Positions 7,056-15,653 of a DNA stretch of 24,000 bases are shown piece by piece. The stretch covers positions 21,000 to 44,999 of the forward strand of contig NZ_JBOITO010000039.1 in assembly GCF_050717635.1 (NCBI RefSeq), in the 5' to 3' direction. The notes below the pieces were generated by a model that worked only from the letters and a program-made list of their open reading frames with translations, was not told the origin of the DNA and made no database searches. This DNA is from Clostridium sp. (lineage in GTDB: Bacteria; Bacillota; Clostridia; Clostridiales; Clostridiaceae). A program made the position numbers and the translations under genes. Positions within the stretch are counted from its first letter, which is position 1, and each line of letters opens with the position of its first letter.

Positions 7056-9746
7056 ATGATGCTACATAATAAGGAAGAATCAACAAAAGATCAAAGCAAA
7101 GAATTGATTGTAATATTTAAACAAGAAGGTTTTTTTGAACTTGATTTTCAAATGACAAGTGAAAAATTTAGTGAAGATCAAATTGTAATCCAACAAGAAA
7201 TAAATAACCGTTTTGTAAAGAATCATAATGAAGGTGTGTTTTTTCTTGGTTTTTTAGAAAAAACAGATGGTTTATCAGAATCTCTTACATATTTAAGACA
7301 TATTATAGCTACATTTATAAAAAAGTTATCTATGAATCCAGACATAGAAATTTTACGTGAAAAAACTATAGTAGATATAGAAAAAGATGAAATTAAAGCA
7401 CTATTAGATATTGCCCCCTATTTGACTGGATCAGAATACTTAAGCGATGAATGGATTGAAAGACTATGGCAAAAGTTAAACAACTCTTTTGCTGAAATAA
7501 TAGGAGCTTACATAGGAAGTATTGCAGATTTTTTTTCTTTATTTAGCTCCAATATTAACTTAATTGGACGTGTGTTTTTTCACTTAGTTGAAAGCAAGAA
7601 GGATGAATATCCCTTTGCATTTTTAGCAACTTACTCAGTGAATGATGTAAAAAATGGCACATCAAAGCATCTTCCACTAAAAAATGCACTTATTGAATAT
7701 GGAGAAAACAACAAAAAACTTTTAAACTTACTTTCAACAGTAAACAAGGCATCAGAAAAAAGCCAGCTAATTTCAGAACTTCTTGACACTGGTGAAATAT
7801 TTCATCCATTAGGTTTAAGTGCGGGAGAAGCTTACACATTTTTAAAAGAAATACCCCTTTATGAACAGGCAGGTATATTATGTCGTATACCAAAATGGTG
7901 GAAAAACAAATCAGCATCCTTAAAGATGTCCGTAAGTGTGGGTAATTCTACTCCTTCAAGAGTAAATATAGAAGCATTAATAGACTTTGACGCAAAACTA
8001 TTTCTTGGCGATGAAAAGATTACTGCTGACGAAATAAGAAATCTTCTTTCAGAAGCAGAGGGCTTAACTTTTATAAAAGGGAAATGGGTCGAGGTTAATC
8101 ATGAAAAGCTAAAAGAAATGCTAAAGGCTTATGAAAAAGCACAGATACTTATGGAAAGTAAAGATATAAATATTATTGAAGCAATGCGTTTTCAGTTAAA
8201 TGCTCCAAAAATATTAAATGTTTCTAAAGAAATCTGTGATCTTGAAGTCACTAACGGACAGTGGCTTAATTCCGTTGTTGAAAGATTAACTAATCCTGAA
8301 AAAATCCAAGGAATTACTTGTGGTGACAACTTTAATGCAAAATTACGACCTTATCAAGAGCGTGGTGTAAGCTGGCTTCATTTTATGAAAGCTATGGGGC
8401 TTGGAGCATGTCTTGCAGATGATATGGGACTTGGGAAAACAGTGCAAGTTATTGGACTTTTAAATTATATTAGGACGACTAATGGAGAAAAAACATTGCT
8501 AATTATCCCAGCATCACTTATTGGGAATTGGATAAGTGAAATTCAAAAATTCTCGCCTTCATTAAAATACTATGTTATACATCCTTCTGAAAACAAAAAT
8601 TTAAGAGAAGATGATAGTAATTGTGTGGAGAATTATGATCTTTTTATAACTACATATGCTATGATTTCAAAATATGAATGGATAAAGGATATAACTTGGG
8701 ATTCATTAGTTTTAGATGAAGCGCAAGCTATAAAAAATCCAGGAACTAAGCAAACTAGAACAGTAAAACAGTTAAAAGCCCGATATAGAATTGCAATGAC
8801 AGGTACACCAATAGAAAATCGCCTTTCAGATTTATGGTCACTATTTGACTTTTTAAATAAGGGACTACTAGGGAGTGCAAAAGAATTCTCCAATTTCACA
8901 AAGAAACTTAAGGAAAATAAGGCAGGCTATGCAAAACTTAAAAAGGTTATAAGCCCATTTATTCTTAGAAGATTAAAAACAGACAAAACAGTAATTAATG
9001 ATTTACCAGACAAAATAGAAATGAAAACTTATGCAAATCTTACTAAAAAACAAGTTATGCTTTACAATAAGTTAGTAAATGATTTAAAACAAAAACTTGA
9101 ATCTAAAGAAGAAGGTATACAGCGCAAGGGAATAGTAATTTCATCACTTATGAAATTCAAGCAAATATGCAATCATCCGTCGCAATATCTTGGTCAAGAT
9201 TCTTACATGGAAAATGAAAGTGGTAAATATGCAAGGCTTCGTGAAATATGTGAAACTATTTACGAAAAGAGAGAAAGAGTGCTTATTTTCACACAATTCA
9301 AAGAAATAACAAAGCCTCTTAGTGATTTTCTAGAAACTATATTTGAACATAAAGGACTTATACTTCATGGAGGAATAGCAGTTAAAAACAGAAAAACACT
9401 TGTAGATAAGTTCCAGGGTGATGAATATGTACCATTTATGGTACTTTCAATAAAAGCTGGTGGTGTAGGATTAAATCTTACAGCAGCTAATCATGTTATT
9501 CATTTTGATAGATGGTGGAATCCCGCTGTTGAAAATCAAGCAACAGACAGAGCCTTCAGAATAGGTCAAAACAAGAATGTTGTAGTTCACAAATTCATAA
9601 CTAAGGGTACTATTGAAGAAAAAATAGATATGATGATTGAAGATAAAATTAAACTCTCTCAGGAGATTGTTCCAGACATTCAAGAAAGCTGGATTACGCA
9701 GATGAACAATACTGAGATTCTAGATTTATTCAAATTACAAATATAA
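7056..9746 (+). CDS. SNF2-family DNA-dependent ATPase/helicase with a long (about 430 aa) bacterial SNF2-associated N-terminal region.
   Basis: Motif I DDMGLGKT (8418-8441), motif II DEAQ (8715-8726), TGTPIENR, and the helicase-C motif QATDRAFRIGQ. Start at ATG 7056 with AAAGGA 8 nt upstream; the track start at 7023 is a TTG without an SD. Confidence 0.9.
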   Translation: MMLHNKEESTKDQSKELIVIFKQEGFFELDFQMTSEKFSEDQIVIQQEINNRFVKNHNEGVFFLGFLEKTDGLSESLTYLRHIIATFIKKLSMNPDIEILREKTIVDIEKDEIKALLDIAPYLTGSEYLSDEWIERLWQKLNNSFAEIIGAYIGSIADFFSLFSSNINLIGRVFFHLVESKKDEYPFAFLATYSVNDVKNGTSKHLPLKNALIEYGENNKKLLNLLSTVNKASEKSQLISELLDTGEIFHPLGLSAGEAYTFLKEIPLYEQAGILCRIPKWWKNKSASLKMSVSVGNSTPSRVNIEALIDFDAKLFLGDEKITADEIRNLLSEAEGLTFIKGKWVEVNHEKLKEMLKAYEKAQILMESKDINIIEAMRFQLNAPKILNVSKEICDLEVTNGQWLNSVVERLTNPEKIQGITCGDNFNAKLRPYQERGVSWLHFMKAMGLGACLADDMGLGKTVQVIGLLNYIRTTNGEKTLLIIPASLIGNWISEIQKFSPSLKYYVIHPSENKNLREDDSNCVENYDLFITTYAMISKYEWIKDITWDSLVLDEAQAIKNPGTKQTRTVKQLKARYRIAMTGTPIENRLSDLWSLFDFLNKGLLGSAKEFSNFTKKLKENKAGYAKLKKVISPFILRRLKTDKTVINDLPDKIEMKTYANLTKKQVMLYNKLVNDLKQKLESKEEGIQRKGIVISSLMKFKQICNHPSQYLGQDSYMENESGKYARLREICETIYEKRERVLIFTQFKEITKPLSDFLETIFEHKGLILHGGIAVKNRKTLVDKFQGDEYVPFMVLSIKAGGVGLNLTAANHVIHFDRWWNPAVENQATDRAFRIGQNKNVVVHKFITKGTIEEKIDMMIEDKIKLSQEIVPDIQESWITQMNNTEILDLFKLQI

Positions 9747-9764
9747 CTTTTGGAGGAAAAATAT

Positions 9765-10538
9765 ATGTCATCTTACGGAGGTTTCCCAGCCTATATTACA
9801 GTAGCCGAAAAAAGGAAGCGTGCACAGGCAAGTATCAAAAAGTTAAAAAAGAAAAACCCAGACATTTCTCCAGTAATAATAGAAGGTAGAACTATAGCAA
9901 AAACTTGGTGGGGAAAGTCATGGAATAAGAATCTAGAAAGTTATGCAGACTACTCTAATCGTATAGCTCGTGGACGAAGTTATGTTAGAAATGGAGCAGT
10001 ATTAGACCTTAAAATAACAGAAGGAAATATAAATGCACTGGTACAAGGCAGCGGTTCAAAACCATATAAAGTGGATATTACCATAAAGGCCTTACCTCAA
10101 AATATTTGGGATAGCATTATAAATCAGTGCTTAGGTAAAATTGAATCTATTGAAGAACTAATAGAAGGTAAATTCCCCAAAGCATTAGCTGATTTGTTTA
10201 CATCAAAGGGTGCTGGATTATTTCCTTCACCTAAGGAAATAGATTTAAGATGTAGTTGCCCCGACTATGCAACGATGTGTAAACACGTAGCCGCAGTTTT
10301 ATATGGAGTTTCTAAAAGATTAGACGATAAGCCAGAATTGTTTTTCGTTCTAAGAAAGGTTAACATAAATAGTCTTATTTCAGAAGCTATTAATGCGAAA
10401 ACTAAGACCTTGCTTGAAAAATCTAAAGCTAAGGGTCGTAGGGTTATTGAGGAAACCGACATGTTTGATATGTTTGGAATTGATATGGAAGTTCAGGCTA
10501 AGGATGATGTTCCCCCTCATATTATAATCAAAAAATAA
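9765..10538 (+). CDS. Stand-alone SWIM zinc-finger domain protein.
   Basis: CxCxnCxH signature CSCPDYATMCKH at 10251-10286. Start at ATG 9765 with GGAGGA 7 nt upstream, 18 nt after the SNF2 stop. No promoter or terminator lies between the two genes, so the pair looks bicistronic. Confidence 0.85.
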   Translation: MSSYGGFPAYITVAEKRKRAQASIKKLKKKNPDISPVIIEGRTIAKTWWGKSWNKNLESYADYSNRIARGRSYVRNGAVLDLKITEGNINALVQGSGSKPYKVDITIKALPQNIWDSIINQCLGKIESIEELIEGKFPKALADLFTSKGAGLFPSPKEIDLRCSCPDYATMCKHVAAVLYGVSKRLDDKPELFFVLRKVNINSLISEAINAKTKTLLEKSKAKGRRVIEETDMFDMFGIDMEVQAKDDVPPHIIIKK

Positions 10539-10572
10539 TACAGATAAGCAAGCTTATCTGTATTATTTTTTT
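10537..10572. terminator. Rho-independent terminator ending the SNF2-SWIM unit. It may also serve the convergent ddh gene.
   Basis: AATACAGATAAGC (10537-10549) pairs with GCTTATCTGTATT (10552-10564), giving about a 12-bp stem with a CAAG loop. ATTTTTTT follows on the plus strand, and an A-run precedes it (a T-run on the minus strand). Confidence 0.8.
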
Positions 10573-10647
10573 ATTATTTCATTTGTTGCCTTAAATCACT
10601 ACACTCTTAAGAAAACTTACCCCAGTTGTTTGCTATTAAAAGTGATC

Positions 10648-11625
10648 TTATAACAACTCTTTTCGTAATTCTTCTGCTGATTTTGGGGATAAATAACTAA
10701 ATGGAATATCTAATACTGTACGAGCTCCTGTTTGACCATTATTATGTAATCTATAAACTGCTCTTGCATAAGCTACTAGCACACTAGCCGTAAACTCAGG
10801 ATTACTATCAAGTTTTAAACTAAACTCCATCCTTTGATTTGAACCCTCTCCAGTAACTCCTGTACGAATAACAAATCCACCATGAGGCATACCCTTGTGA
10901 TTTGTCTTCAGCTCTTTCTCTGTTATAAAATTCACTGTCGTATTATAGTCTTCAAAATAATTTGGCATACATTTAATTTCACTTTTAATATCATCTAAAT
11001 CAGCTGCAACTTCTGGTACAACATAGCAAACTCTCTCGTGTTTTTCCTTAGTTGAAAACTCTACATTTTTTCCTGTACGCACCATATCAATAGCACTTTC
11101 AATAGGTATCGTATATTGAATGCCATCCTTAACGCCATCTACTCTTCTAATAGCATCTGAATGTCCTTGGCTTACACCTTTTCCCCAGAAAGTATAACCT
11201 TTTCCTACTGGAAGCACTACCTCCCCTAGGAGACGATTTAATGAGAATAAACCTGGATCCCAACCAACTGATATAAGTCCAATAGTACCAGCACGTTTTG
11301 TTACCTCATCTAACTTATTAAAATATTCTGGAATTTTAGCATGAGTATCGTAACTATCTACTGTACTAAACATTTCTGCAATCTCCGGTGTCTGTTGTGG
11401 CAAATCAGTAGCAGACCCTCCACAAATAATCATAACATCAATTTTACCCTTATAATTTGTAATTTCTGAAATATGCACCATTTTTGACGCACATAGTAAT
11501 TCATCTGGATTTCTTCTTGTAAAAATAGCCTCTAAATGAAAATCCGGATTTTGTGCTAGCGAAAGTTCTACACCTTTTCCAAGATTTCCATACCCTACAA
11601 TACCTACTCTAATCTTTTTACTCAT
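10648..11625 (-). CDS. ddh: meso-Diaminopimelate D-dehydrogenase.
   Basis: 325 aa. The N-terminus KIRVGIVGYGNLGKGVE and the blocks SVGWDPGLFS, FWGKGVSQGHSDAIRR, GMPHGGFV and LDSNPEFTAS closely track Corynebacterium glutamicum Ddh as I recall it. An AGGGA SD lies 6 nt upstream. Confidence 0.9.
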   Translation of the reverse strand: MSKKIRVGIVGYGNLGKGVELSLAQNPDFHLEAIFTRRNPDELLCASKMVHISEITNYKGKIDVMIICGGSATDLPQQTPEIAEMFSTVDSYDTHAKIPEYFNKLDEVTKRAGTIGLISVGWDPGLFSLNRLLGEVVLPVGKGYTFWGKGVSQGHSDAIRRVDGVKDGIQYTIPIESAIDMVRTGKNVEFSTKEKHERVCYVVPEVAADLDDIKSEIKCMPNYFEDYNTTVNFITEKELKTNHKGMPHGGFVIRTGVTGEGSNQRMEFSLKLDSNPEFTASVLVAYARAVYRLHNNGQTGARTVLDIPFSYLSPKSAEELRKELL

Positions 11626-11784
11626 TTATTTCCCTGACCCTAAAGCCAAGTCCCTCCTTTTTTTTAAATGTCATTTTTAATTTTATAACAATCTTATCAC
11701 AATTCCTTACATTTTTCCATACTAGAATATTTTAATAATCTATATCTATATAAATTAGTGGCAGGATTTAATATATCTGTATAT

Positions 11785-11820
11785 AATTAATAAAAAAGAA
11801 GCCAAATTTTTAGGCTCCTT
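11785..11820 (-). terminator. Rho-independent terminator of the ula-like operon.
   Basis: The minus-strand RNA reads AAGGAGCC-UAAAAAUUU-GGCUUCUU (8 bp including one G-U pair) followed by UUUUUAUUAAUU. It lies 27 nt past the ulaG stop. Confidence 0.55.
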
Positions 11821-11846
11821 TTTATTATATACTTATTTTAACCATA

Positions 11847-12911
11847 TTATAGGAAAGAAGGGTATGGTAAATCCGTATCAGCTTCAAAACAATCTTCAAA
11901 GCCTCTTCTATAATGGTAATGGAGTTTATCTTTATCTGCCGGATATACAAATTTTCCTCCTGGCTGCCAGATAAATGGCTTAAACTTATATTGAAGTTTA
12001 TCCTTTTTCATATTATAAAGTACGGTAATTTCTGAAGTATCGGCCTGCATATTCGTCCATATATCATGATGAAATGGGATCATAACCTCTGTATTTAGAG
12101 CTTCTCCCATTCTTAATATATCCGAAGCAGTCATTTTATCAGTGATGCCTCTTGGATTTTCTCCAAAAGAACCTAATGCCACATCGATCTTATAATCATT
12201 TCCATGTTTAGCATAATAATTAGAATAATGTGAATCACCACTATGATATATATTTCCACCTGATGTTTTTATAAGGTAATTTACAGCCTTTTCATCCATA
12301 TCATCTGGAATCCTTCCTTGCATACTCTCACTTGGAGGCGATGTGATTAAAGCCGTACGATCAAAGGATTCAAGTGCTAAAATTTCTATATCCTTGATTT
12401 TTATTACATCCCCTGGTTTTACAGTGATACATCGCTCAGAAGGTACCCCCCAACTAATCCACTTATCAACGCATGATTTTGGTCCAATAAAAGGTATATT
12501 TGAATCACAATTTTGCAATATTGCCGCAGCTACGTTTATATCTATATGGTCATTATGATAATGAGTTGAAAGTACTGCATCGATTTCTTTTATTGCAAAA
12601 GGGTCAAGAACAAAAGGCGTAACTCTCAAATTTGGCTGAGCTATTCTTCCACCACACATTCTTGCCATCTGATGATCTGGCTTCATAGGTGGAAGTTTTT
12701 TCGTTCTTTTACCTGTCCCACACCAAAAATCAATACAGATATTAGTGTTTGCCTCAGTTTTAACCCATATGCCTGTACATCCTAGCCACCACATATCGAA
12801 TGTACCAGGTGCAACTACCTCATCTTCAATTTCCTCATTAAGCCATGTTCCCCATTGAGGAAAAGTGCTTAGTATCCATGATTCCCTAGTAATATCATTA
12901 ACTTTATTCAA
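11847..12911 (-). CDS. ulaG: L-ascorbate-6-phosphate lactonase (metallo-beta-lactamase fold).
   Basis: [64 protein letters not shown] is nearly collinear with E. coli UlaG. The HYHNDH metal motif is present. Start set at TTG 12911 because the track GTG at 12920 is part of the SD GAAAGGGTGA. This also gives the same N-terminal length as E. coli UlaG. Confidence 0.9.
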   Translation of the reverse strand: MNKVNDITRESWILSTFPQWGTWLNEEIEDEVVAPGTFDMWWLGCTGIWVKTEANTNICIDFWCGTGKRTKKLPPMKPDHQMARMCGGRIAQPNLRVTPFVLDPFAIKEIDAVLSTHYHNDHIDINVAAAILQNCDSNIPFIGPKSCVDKWISWGVPSERCITVKPGDVIKIKDIEILALESFDRTALITSPPSESMQGRIPDDMDEKAVNYLIKTSGGNIYHSGDSHYSNYYAKHGNDYKIDVALGSFGENPRGITDKMTASDILRMGEALNTEVMIPFHHDIWTNMQADTSEITVLYNMKKDKLQYKFKPFIWQPGGKFVYPADKDKLHYHYRRGFEDCFEADTDLPYPSFL

Positions 12912-12930
12912 TATACTCACCCTTTCATCA

Positions 12931-13563
12931 TTACTGTTTATCAGCTATTTCTCTGAATTTTATTGCAATTTCTTCTTTGTTTTTCACATTTAATATGGCA
13001 CCGCCAATGACTGCTATATCTGGATTCAACGCTTTTTTAATTTCAACTATTGAATTTAAATTTATTCCTCCAGCTAAAGCAATAGGCAAATTTGTAAGCT
13101 CCTTTATTTCTAAGAATTCTTTAAAGCTTTCAACCAAATTTTCACCACAATCAGAGTTTTTATGGACACAAAGATATTCAACACCTAGATTTTTTAATTC
13201 TTTACATCTTTGATTATAATTATCCACTGACTGCATATCAAAAATTACTTTTATTTCTGTGCTTTTACATATTTGAAGTACCTTTTTAATTGAAGTGTCG
13301 GTTGCACATGCAAGCATAGAAAACATATTTGCCCCTGAAGCACACATAAGCGTTGCTTCTCTTTCTGGACCGTCTATTACTTTGGCATCAATAAATATAA
13401 TTTTATCCGGACATAGAACCTTTATTTTATATACTATACTTAACCCACATAGTTTCAATAGTGATGTTCCTACTTCAATTACATCAAAATATTTTCCTAC
13501 TTCTTTAACAACCTCTAATGCTTCATTTTCGTTAAGCAAATCTAATGCAAGCTGTAATTTCAT
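12931..13563 (-). CDS. ulaD: 3-keto-L-gulonate-6-phosphate decarboxylase / 3-hexulose-6-phosphate synthase family (OMPDC suprafamily), UlaD-like.
   Basis: [12 protein letters not shown] and IDAKVID (the D-x-K-x-x-D catalytic pattern), plus a C-terminal GG..VIGGAI phosphate-binding loop. Operon context with ulaG and ulaABC. Start at ATG 13563, 7 nt after GAGG; the track GTG at 13569 lies inside the SD AAAGAGGTG. UlaD and HPS cannot be distinguished by eye. Confidence 0.75.
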   Translation of the reverse strand: MKLQLALDLLNENEALEVVKEVGKYFDVIEVGTSLLKLCGLSIVYKIKVLCPDKIIFIDAKVIDGPEREATLMCASGANMFSMLACATDTSIKKVLQICKSTEIKVIFDMQSVDNYNQRCKELKNLGVEYLCVHKNSDCGENLVESFKEFLEIKELTNLPIALAGGINLNSIVEIKKALNPDIAVIGGAILNVKNKEEIAIKFREIADKQ

Positions 13564-13586
13564 TGTCACACCTCTTTAATTTAAAT

Positions 13587-14885
13587 TTATACTAACCCAA
13601 GTAAACTTCCTATTAACTTTAATAAATATAATATCGGTAACCAAACTAAGGTAAAGTCGATATTTGAGAACATCAAGCCCGAACCATAAACTGCTCCCAT
13701 TAATGGGTATAATGGAATACACCCTAAATGTGCAAGTAAACTTGAAATAAAGCCAGCTGCTAATGCACCTTTCCACCCGCCAAATTTATTTCCAAAAACA
13801 CCCATTGTGCAACCATCAAAGAACATTATTATTGGGCTTGGAAATATAATAATTGAGCTTTGAAAAACTATACATCCTAATGTTACTAATATTGCTGCTG
13901 CTACGGAAGCGAGAAATCCTAACATTGCACCAACAGGTGAATATGGGTATAATGCTGGAGCATCCAACGCTGGAACAGCATCTGGAATAAGATACTCAGA
14001 AATCCCTTTAAATGCTGGGACGATTGAACCTATAAACATTCTTACACCTGTTAGCAAAACAACGATACCAGCTGTAAATTGTAGACCTTGAAGAAATAAC
14101 CATATAATCCAATTCGATGTTCCACTTAAATCTTGGATACCTTTTTGTCCCACTGCTATACCAATTCCTATAAATATTATTGGCATTAAGAAGGCCATTG
14201 TGATCGTATTATCTCTAAAAATAGATAAGTATTTAGGCAATTTTAGATTTTCAGCGTCATCTTCTGGATTTCCAACAGCTTTCCCAATTTTTGATGCTAA
14301 ATATGCACCAACCTGTTGATGATGACCTAATGTCAAATCGTCCCCTAGAAAGTCCTTTGCAATAACTCTTGTAATTGCAGGTGTTAAGGTCCAGTATAGT
14401 GCACAAAGGACAGATGAAACTATAAGTAATGAGACACCCTTTAATCCTAAAACATTAGGTAGTGCTAAATTTAAAAATGCTGATAAAAACAACATGATAT
14501 GAACAGTTAAATAAACATTCTTAAATTTTTTAAATGGTATAACAGCAACTAACAATAAATGCATTACAAATCCAAGTAAAAATGTCATAGTAATACTATT
14601 CGCCAGCGTTTTCATTCCAACCGAAAATGCAGCTTCGTTTGCTGGCAATACTCCATTGATTCCTAAAGTGGCATTGAGTTTTGACATAATAGGTCCCATT
14701 GCTCCGAGTAAAGTAGAAGCACCAATTGAAATAATTAATAGTCCTATCATTGTCTTAATTACACCATCAATAACTTGTGTTTTCTTTTTCTTTTGTAAAA
14801 TCAATCCTAGCATTGCAACTAACCCTAGTAATATCGGAGCCTTGTCAAGAACTTGAAATAATATAAAATTAACAATAATTTTCAT
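13587..14885 (-). CDS. ulaA: PTS ascorbate-family transporter subunit EIIC (UlaA/SgaT).
   Basis: 432-aa polytopic membrane protein. The N-terminus (LDKAPILLGLVAMLGLIL...IKTMIGLLII) parallels E. coli UlaA. AGGGGGA SD lies 9 nt upstream. It is positioned between the EIIB and ulaD genes. Confidence 0.9.
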   Translation of the reverse strand: MKIIVNFILFQVLDKAPILLGLVAMLGLILQKKKKTQVIDGVIKTMIGLLIISIGASTLLGAMGPIMSKLNATLGINGVLPANEAAFSVGMKTLANSITMTFLLGFVMHLLLVAVIPFKKFKNVYLTVHIMLFLSAFLNLALPNVLGLKGVSLLIVSSVLCALYWTLTPAITRVIAKDFLGDDLTLGHHQQVGAYLASKIGKAVGNPEDDAENLKLPKYLSIFRDNTITMAFLMPIIFIGIGIAVGQKGIQDLSGTSNWIIWLFLQGLQFTAGIVVLLTGVRMFIGSIVPAFKGISEYLIPDAVPALDAPALYPYSPVGAMLGFLASVAAAILVTLGCIVFQSSIIIFPSPIIMFFDGCTMGVFGNKFGGWKGALAAGFISSLLAHLGCIPLYPLMGAVYGSGLMFSNIDFTLVWLPILYLLKLIGSLLGLV

Positions 14886-14912
14886 AACTTACTATCCCCC
14901 TATTTGTTTTAT

Positions 14913-15194
14913 TTATTTTATTAATTCTTCTAGAATTGGTTTTATTATAGTCTCAATTTCTGATTTTTTAACAAAGTTTGTCAATATAACAGTTTTATCC
15001 ATAATATTACTTGGAAAAGTTTCGGCAATTTCTCTTGTTGTTACATACAAATCTCCAACTACACTAGTTACGCTACCTAGATCACAGGTTTCAACATCCG
15101 CATCAAAATTCAAATTTTTCATAACAGCCTCTATGTTCATTTTTGCAATAATACTAGAACCAAGCCCCATACCACATACACAAATTATTTTCAT
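14913..15194 (-). CDS. ulaB: PTS ascorbate-family EIIB component.
   Basis: 93 aa. The N-terminal MKIICVCGMGLGSS carries the phospho-cysteine site typical of UlaB/lactose-type EIIB. The ATG directly abuts the EIIA stop, and the GGAGGA SD lies inside the EIIA 3' end. Confidence 0.85.
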   Translation of the reverse strand: MKIICVCGMGLGSSIIAKMNIEAVMKNLNFDADVETCDLGSVTSVVGDLYVTTREIAETFPSNIMDKTVILTNFVKKSEIETIIKPILEELIK

Positions 15195-15653
15195 TTATAT
15201 TCCTCCTTTTATAAAATTATTTATTTTGTAGGATACCTCTTCAGGTTTTTGAGATCTTTTTAAGAATTCAACATTCTCATCCAATTCGAGAAAAATACAT
15301 AATCTTTGTAACAAACCAATATGACTGGTATTACTTTCAGCCGCAATTGCAAATACTATGCTCACTGGATCGTTATCTTTATTTCCAAACTTCACTGGGC
15401 TTTTTAAAGTAATCATACTAATTCCCGTTTTTATTACATCAGTACTTGGTCTCGCATGAGCAAATGCTATGCCTGGAGCTAATACTATGTAAGGCCCTAA
15501 CTCCTTAACCACATCTATCATAGCCTGAACATATTTTTGCTCAACATACTTATTTTCATATAGAAGTTCTCCTGCCTTTTTAACACATTCCTCCCATTCT
15601 AAGGCCTCAAAGTTTAACAAAATATTTTTATCTTCAATAACATTTTCATTCAT
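15195..15653 (-). CDS. ulaC: PTS EIIA component (mannitol/fructose/ascorbate EIIA_2 type).
   Basis: 152 aa. GIAFAHARP contains the phospho-histidine context of EIIA_2 domains. The start overlaps the regulator stop (ATGA, 15650-15653), which suggests translational coupling. Confidence 0.85.
   Translation of the reverse strand: MNENVIEDKNILLNFEALEWEECVKKAGELLYENKYVEQKYVQAMIDVVKELGPYIVLAPGIAFAHARPSTDVIKTGISMITLKSPVKFGNKDNDPVSIVFAIAAESNTSHIGLLQRLCIFLELDENVEFLKRSQKPEEVSYKINNFIKGGI

Noticed and set aside
7056-9746. The SNF2 helicase as a component of a known defence system (DISARM DrmD, Zorya ZorD, a BREX-associated helicase or Druantia).
   Set aside because: None of the obligatory partners are present in the window or adjacent. 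That includes a methyltransferase, PLD/DUF1998 proteins, ZorABC, PglZ/BrxC and DruABCD. The only partner is a SWIM protein, and the flanks are housekeeping genes.
11626-11790. A possible lysine (L-box) riboswitch or other leader upstream of ddh.
   Set aside because: The interval is short and AT-rich, and it lacks the conserved GC-rich L-box helices and motifs. Only SD-like AGGGA repeats near the start codon are seen.
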